Shown here: one piece after another, positions 21,849-23,832 of the stretch
How positions within the stretch are numbered: the first letter of the stretch is position 1
Layout: each line of letters opens with the position of its first letter
Assembly (NCBI RefSeq): GCF_006345805.1
Contig: NW_021836428.1
Location: 1 to 23,832 of the forward strand
Direction of reading: 5' to 3'
Length of the DNA stretch: 23,832 nucleotides
Origin: Octopus sinensis
Lineage: Eukaryota
Position numbers and translations under genes: made by a program
Notes under the pieces: generated by a model
Seen by the model: only the letters and a program-made list of their open reading frames with translations
What the model was told of the DNA's origin: nothing
Database searches by the model: none

Positions 21849-22112
21849 ATGAAAGAAGGTTTGAAAATGCAATTTTAAAGATGTTTTTTTCACTTGATCG
21901 GTTTCTCTTTTTTTAGAAAAAGAGTGTCAAAAAGTAAAATGTAAAGCTTTGTATAAGGTTTGCTGTGTTAAGTACTTAAGATGACAAAGCTTATACAAAG
22001 CTTTACAATCTTTTTCAAGCTTATACAAAGCTTGACAATCTTTTTCTAAAAAAAGATAAACCGGTCAAGTGAATAAACATCTTTAAAATTGCATTTTTAA
22101 ACCTTCTTTCAT
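21849..22112. repeat. Near-perfect palindromic (foldback/MITE-like) element
   Basis: Outer arms 21849-21930 and 22032-22112 are about 93-95% identical. Inner arms 21940-21962 and 21985-22007 have 1 mismatch. Central palindrome TTAAGTACTTAA at 21968-21979. Confidence 0.9.
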
Positions 22113-22252
22113 TTATATATATATATGGTATATTGTGTTCAGAATATAATAGAGTACAGCATAAAGCTCATCCACCTTCAGATTGAACCCGAGCGAGCCA
22201 GTGGTTATATTATATGTACTTTCAGGTTTGCATCTGTCGTGATGAATGAATA

Positions 22253-23403
22253 AGTGAAAAAAATGGAGTCAGGAAGAGGGGTTACGGGTGGACATTTGTT
22301 TTTAATTTTTTTTTTAATCGCTGCAATTGTTTTTATGCAACGGAGTTCTGCTGACGTGCACGTGCTTGATTACGCAACTATTTCCCTGCATTATGTGTTC
22401 TAGATGTATTTCCTCATGTGACATGTAAATATTGTCTCCGCCGGTGGCACATAAAAACGCACCATCCGAGTGTGATCGTTACCTGTGTCGCCTTACTGGC
22501 ACTTGTGCTGGTGGCACGTGAAAAAACATTCAAGCGAGGTCGTTGCCAGTGCCGCTGAACTGGCTTCTGTGTAGGTGGCACATAAAAGGCACCATTTGAG
22601 CGTAGCCGTTGCCTGTACCGCCTGACTGGCCCACATGCCTGTGGCACGTAAAAGCACCCACTACACTCTCGGAGTGGTTGGCGTTAGGAAAGGCTTCCAG
22701 CTGTAGAAACTCTGCCAAATCAGATGGGAGCCTAGTGCAGCCATCTGGTTCGCCAGACATCAATCAAATCGTCCAATCTATGCTAGCAGGGAAAGCAGGC
22801 GTTAAACCATGATGATGATGATGATGATGTAAGTTTAAAATCTTCGACTGCAATAACATCCTCTGTGTCTGTCGTGGCCTGAATTTAGTAGTAGTCACTG
22901 AGCTTATTAGGGTGTGTTGCTGTTGTTGTTGAGCAACAAGTCTTGTAAGTGTGATTAGGTCAAGTGTGATTAGGTCAAGGGCACAGGTGCGGGAGACCCA
23001 AGACCTTAGAAAAAAATATAAACTTTGGTCGTCTTGTTGTAGTCGAGGGCTCTTCGTTGACGCCCGACCCCACTGTGAGGTGGCCCTCGAAGTCGCTGGA
23101 AATGGAGATCTCTAGGTCCAAATTCTTGAACGACAGTCTGTGTTGCTGCTTGATAAGGTCAGTTACTACAACTAAATTCAGGCCACGACAGACAAAGGGT
23201 ATGTTCTTGGAGCCGAAAATTTGAGCTTACGGAGTCAATATTTTCATATGGTCTCAGGAAACAACTATATCTCACAATGCAAGGAAACAGTTGCACAAAC
23301 TAGTACCTGCACACCTGGAGTACTACGTTGCTTGGAAACAATTGTAGTTATTAAAACATAATGTGCAACCGTACCCCCTCTTCTTGCATCCAATTTTTTC
23401 AAT
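22253..23403. mobile_element. Old long-inverted-repeat element (arms about 255-270 bp) interrupted by a SINE
   Basis: Left arm is 22253-22439 plus 22829-22910; right arm is 23150-23403. Blocks such as TGTCTGTCGTGGCCTGAATTTAGT / ACTAAATTCAGGCCACGACAGACA are exact reverse complements. TA occurs at both outer flanks. Confidence 0.75.
22440..22828 (+). mobile_element. 5'-truncated SINE with internal ~65-bp tandem units and (GAT)n tail
   Basis: GTGGCAC(A/G)T(A/G)AAA recurs at 22444, 22511, 22575 and 22641. GGTTGGCGTTAGGAAAGGCTTCCAGCTGTAGAAAC resembles a V-SINE domain (from memory). Ends GTTAAACCATGATGATGATGATGATGAT. Confidence 0.75.
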
Positions 23404-23496
23404 TATATATACATATCTTAATATATATCTATATATCTATCTATCTATATATATATATATTATATATATATACATATATATATATTTTTTTTTTTA

Positions 23497-23533
23497 GTTT
23501 CAGCTCGGAGCTGCGGCCATGCTGATGCACCGC
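23497..23533 (-). mobile_element. 3' tail fragment of a family A SINE
   Basis: GTTTCAGCTCGGAGCTGCGGCCATGCTGATGCACCGCC matches the family A 3' end (compare 13189-13229). Confidence 0.55.
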
Positions 23534-23544
23534 CGTTATTTAAG

Positions 23545-23704
23545 TGGTGAAGGAGTACAGCAGGGATCACCACCCCTGTCGAAGCCTCGTGGAGCTTTTA
23601 GGTGTTTTCGCTCAATAAAAACACACAACGCCCGGTCTGGGAATCGAAACCGCGATCCTACGACCGCAAGTCCGCTGCCCTAACCACTAGGCCATTGCGC
23701 CTCC
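23545..23704 (-). mobile_element. tRNA-derived SINE, family D (head and partial body)
   Basis: Minus strand GGAGGCGCAATGGCCTAGTGGTTAGGGCAGCGGACTTGCGGTCGTAGGATCGCGGTTTCGATTCCCAGACC has clear A and B boxes, followed by a non-tRNA body. Confidence 0.75.
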
Positions 23705-23743
23705 ATTTGTATAATATAGATACATATATGAATGCATAATGAG

Positions 23744-23832
23744 GACGGCCCTACCCATTTCTGCCCCACCTGTGGGAGGGGCTTCCTTGCCCGGATTGGC
23801 CTCACCAGCCACCTCAGTTCTCATGGCGGCAG
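23744..23832 (+). mobile_element. RTE-clade LINE 3' fragment (C-terminal C2H2 zinc finger)
   Basis: Translates DGPTHFCPTCGRGFLARIGLTSHLSSHGG, matching the RTE ORF terminus CPTCGR.F.ARIGL.SHLRTH. Runs off the window end. Confidence 0.75.

Noticed and set aside
22443-22660. Regularly spaced short repeats resembling a CRISPR array
   Set aside because: Eukaryotic context, and the 'spacers' are homologous to one another, so this is a degenerate tandem repeat inside a SINE.
23021-23110. Canonical HDV-like ribozyme call
   Set aside because: P1 length, the L3 consensus and the J4/2 catalytic strand do not fit on either strand; kept only as an unclassified structured core.
23545-23704. Functional tRNA gene
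   Set aside because: tRNA-like A/B boxes continue into a SINE body; I could not form a complete cloverleaf or find a terminator after the T arm.

Overview
AT-rich, repeat-saturated eukaryotic DNA, most likely an octopus (coleoid mollusc) intronic or intergenic region. This is inferred from a mollusc-type 5S rRNA pseudogene and from SINE families I recognise from memory; no database search was run. There is no intact recognisable gene, and almost all supplied ORFs are translations of (TA)n/(CA)n microsatellites or SINEs. Contents: about 14 tRNA-derived SINE copies or fragments of 4-5 families; a full-length decayed 5S copy; two non-autonomous Helitrons sharing a 3' end; a 201-bp mariner derivative; remnants of a CR1/L2-group LINE, an RTE LINE and a Penelope-like (PLE) endonuclease; and two foldback elements. 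The most notable signal is a dispersed set of type I hammerhead-ribozyme-like motifs: one near-canonical at 1922-1980 (-), five degenerate ones and two half-motifs. Most carry a short palindromic or near-palindromic helix III, as known for PLE-associated hammerheads. A few short splice-flanked segments could be exons of an unidentified host gene (low confidence). Identity figures are by-eye estimates unless mismatch counts are given.
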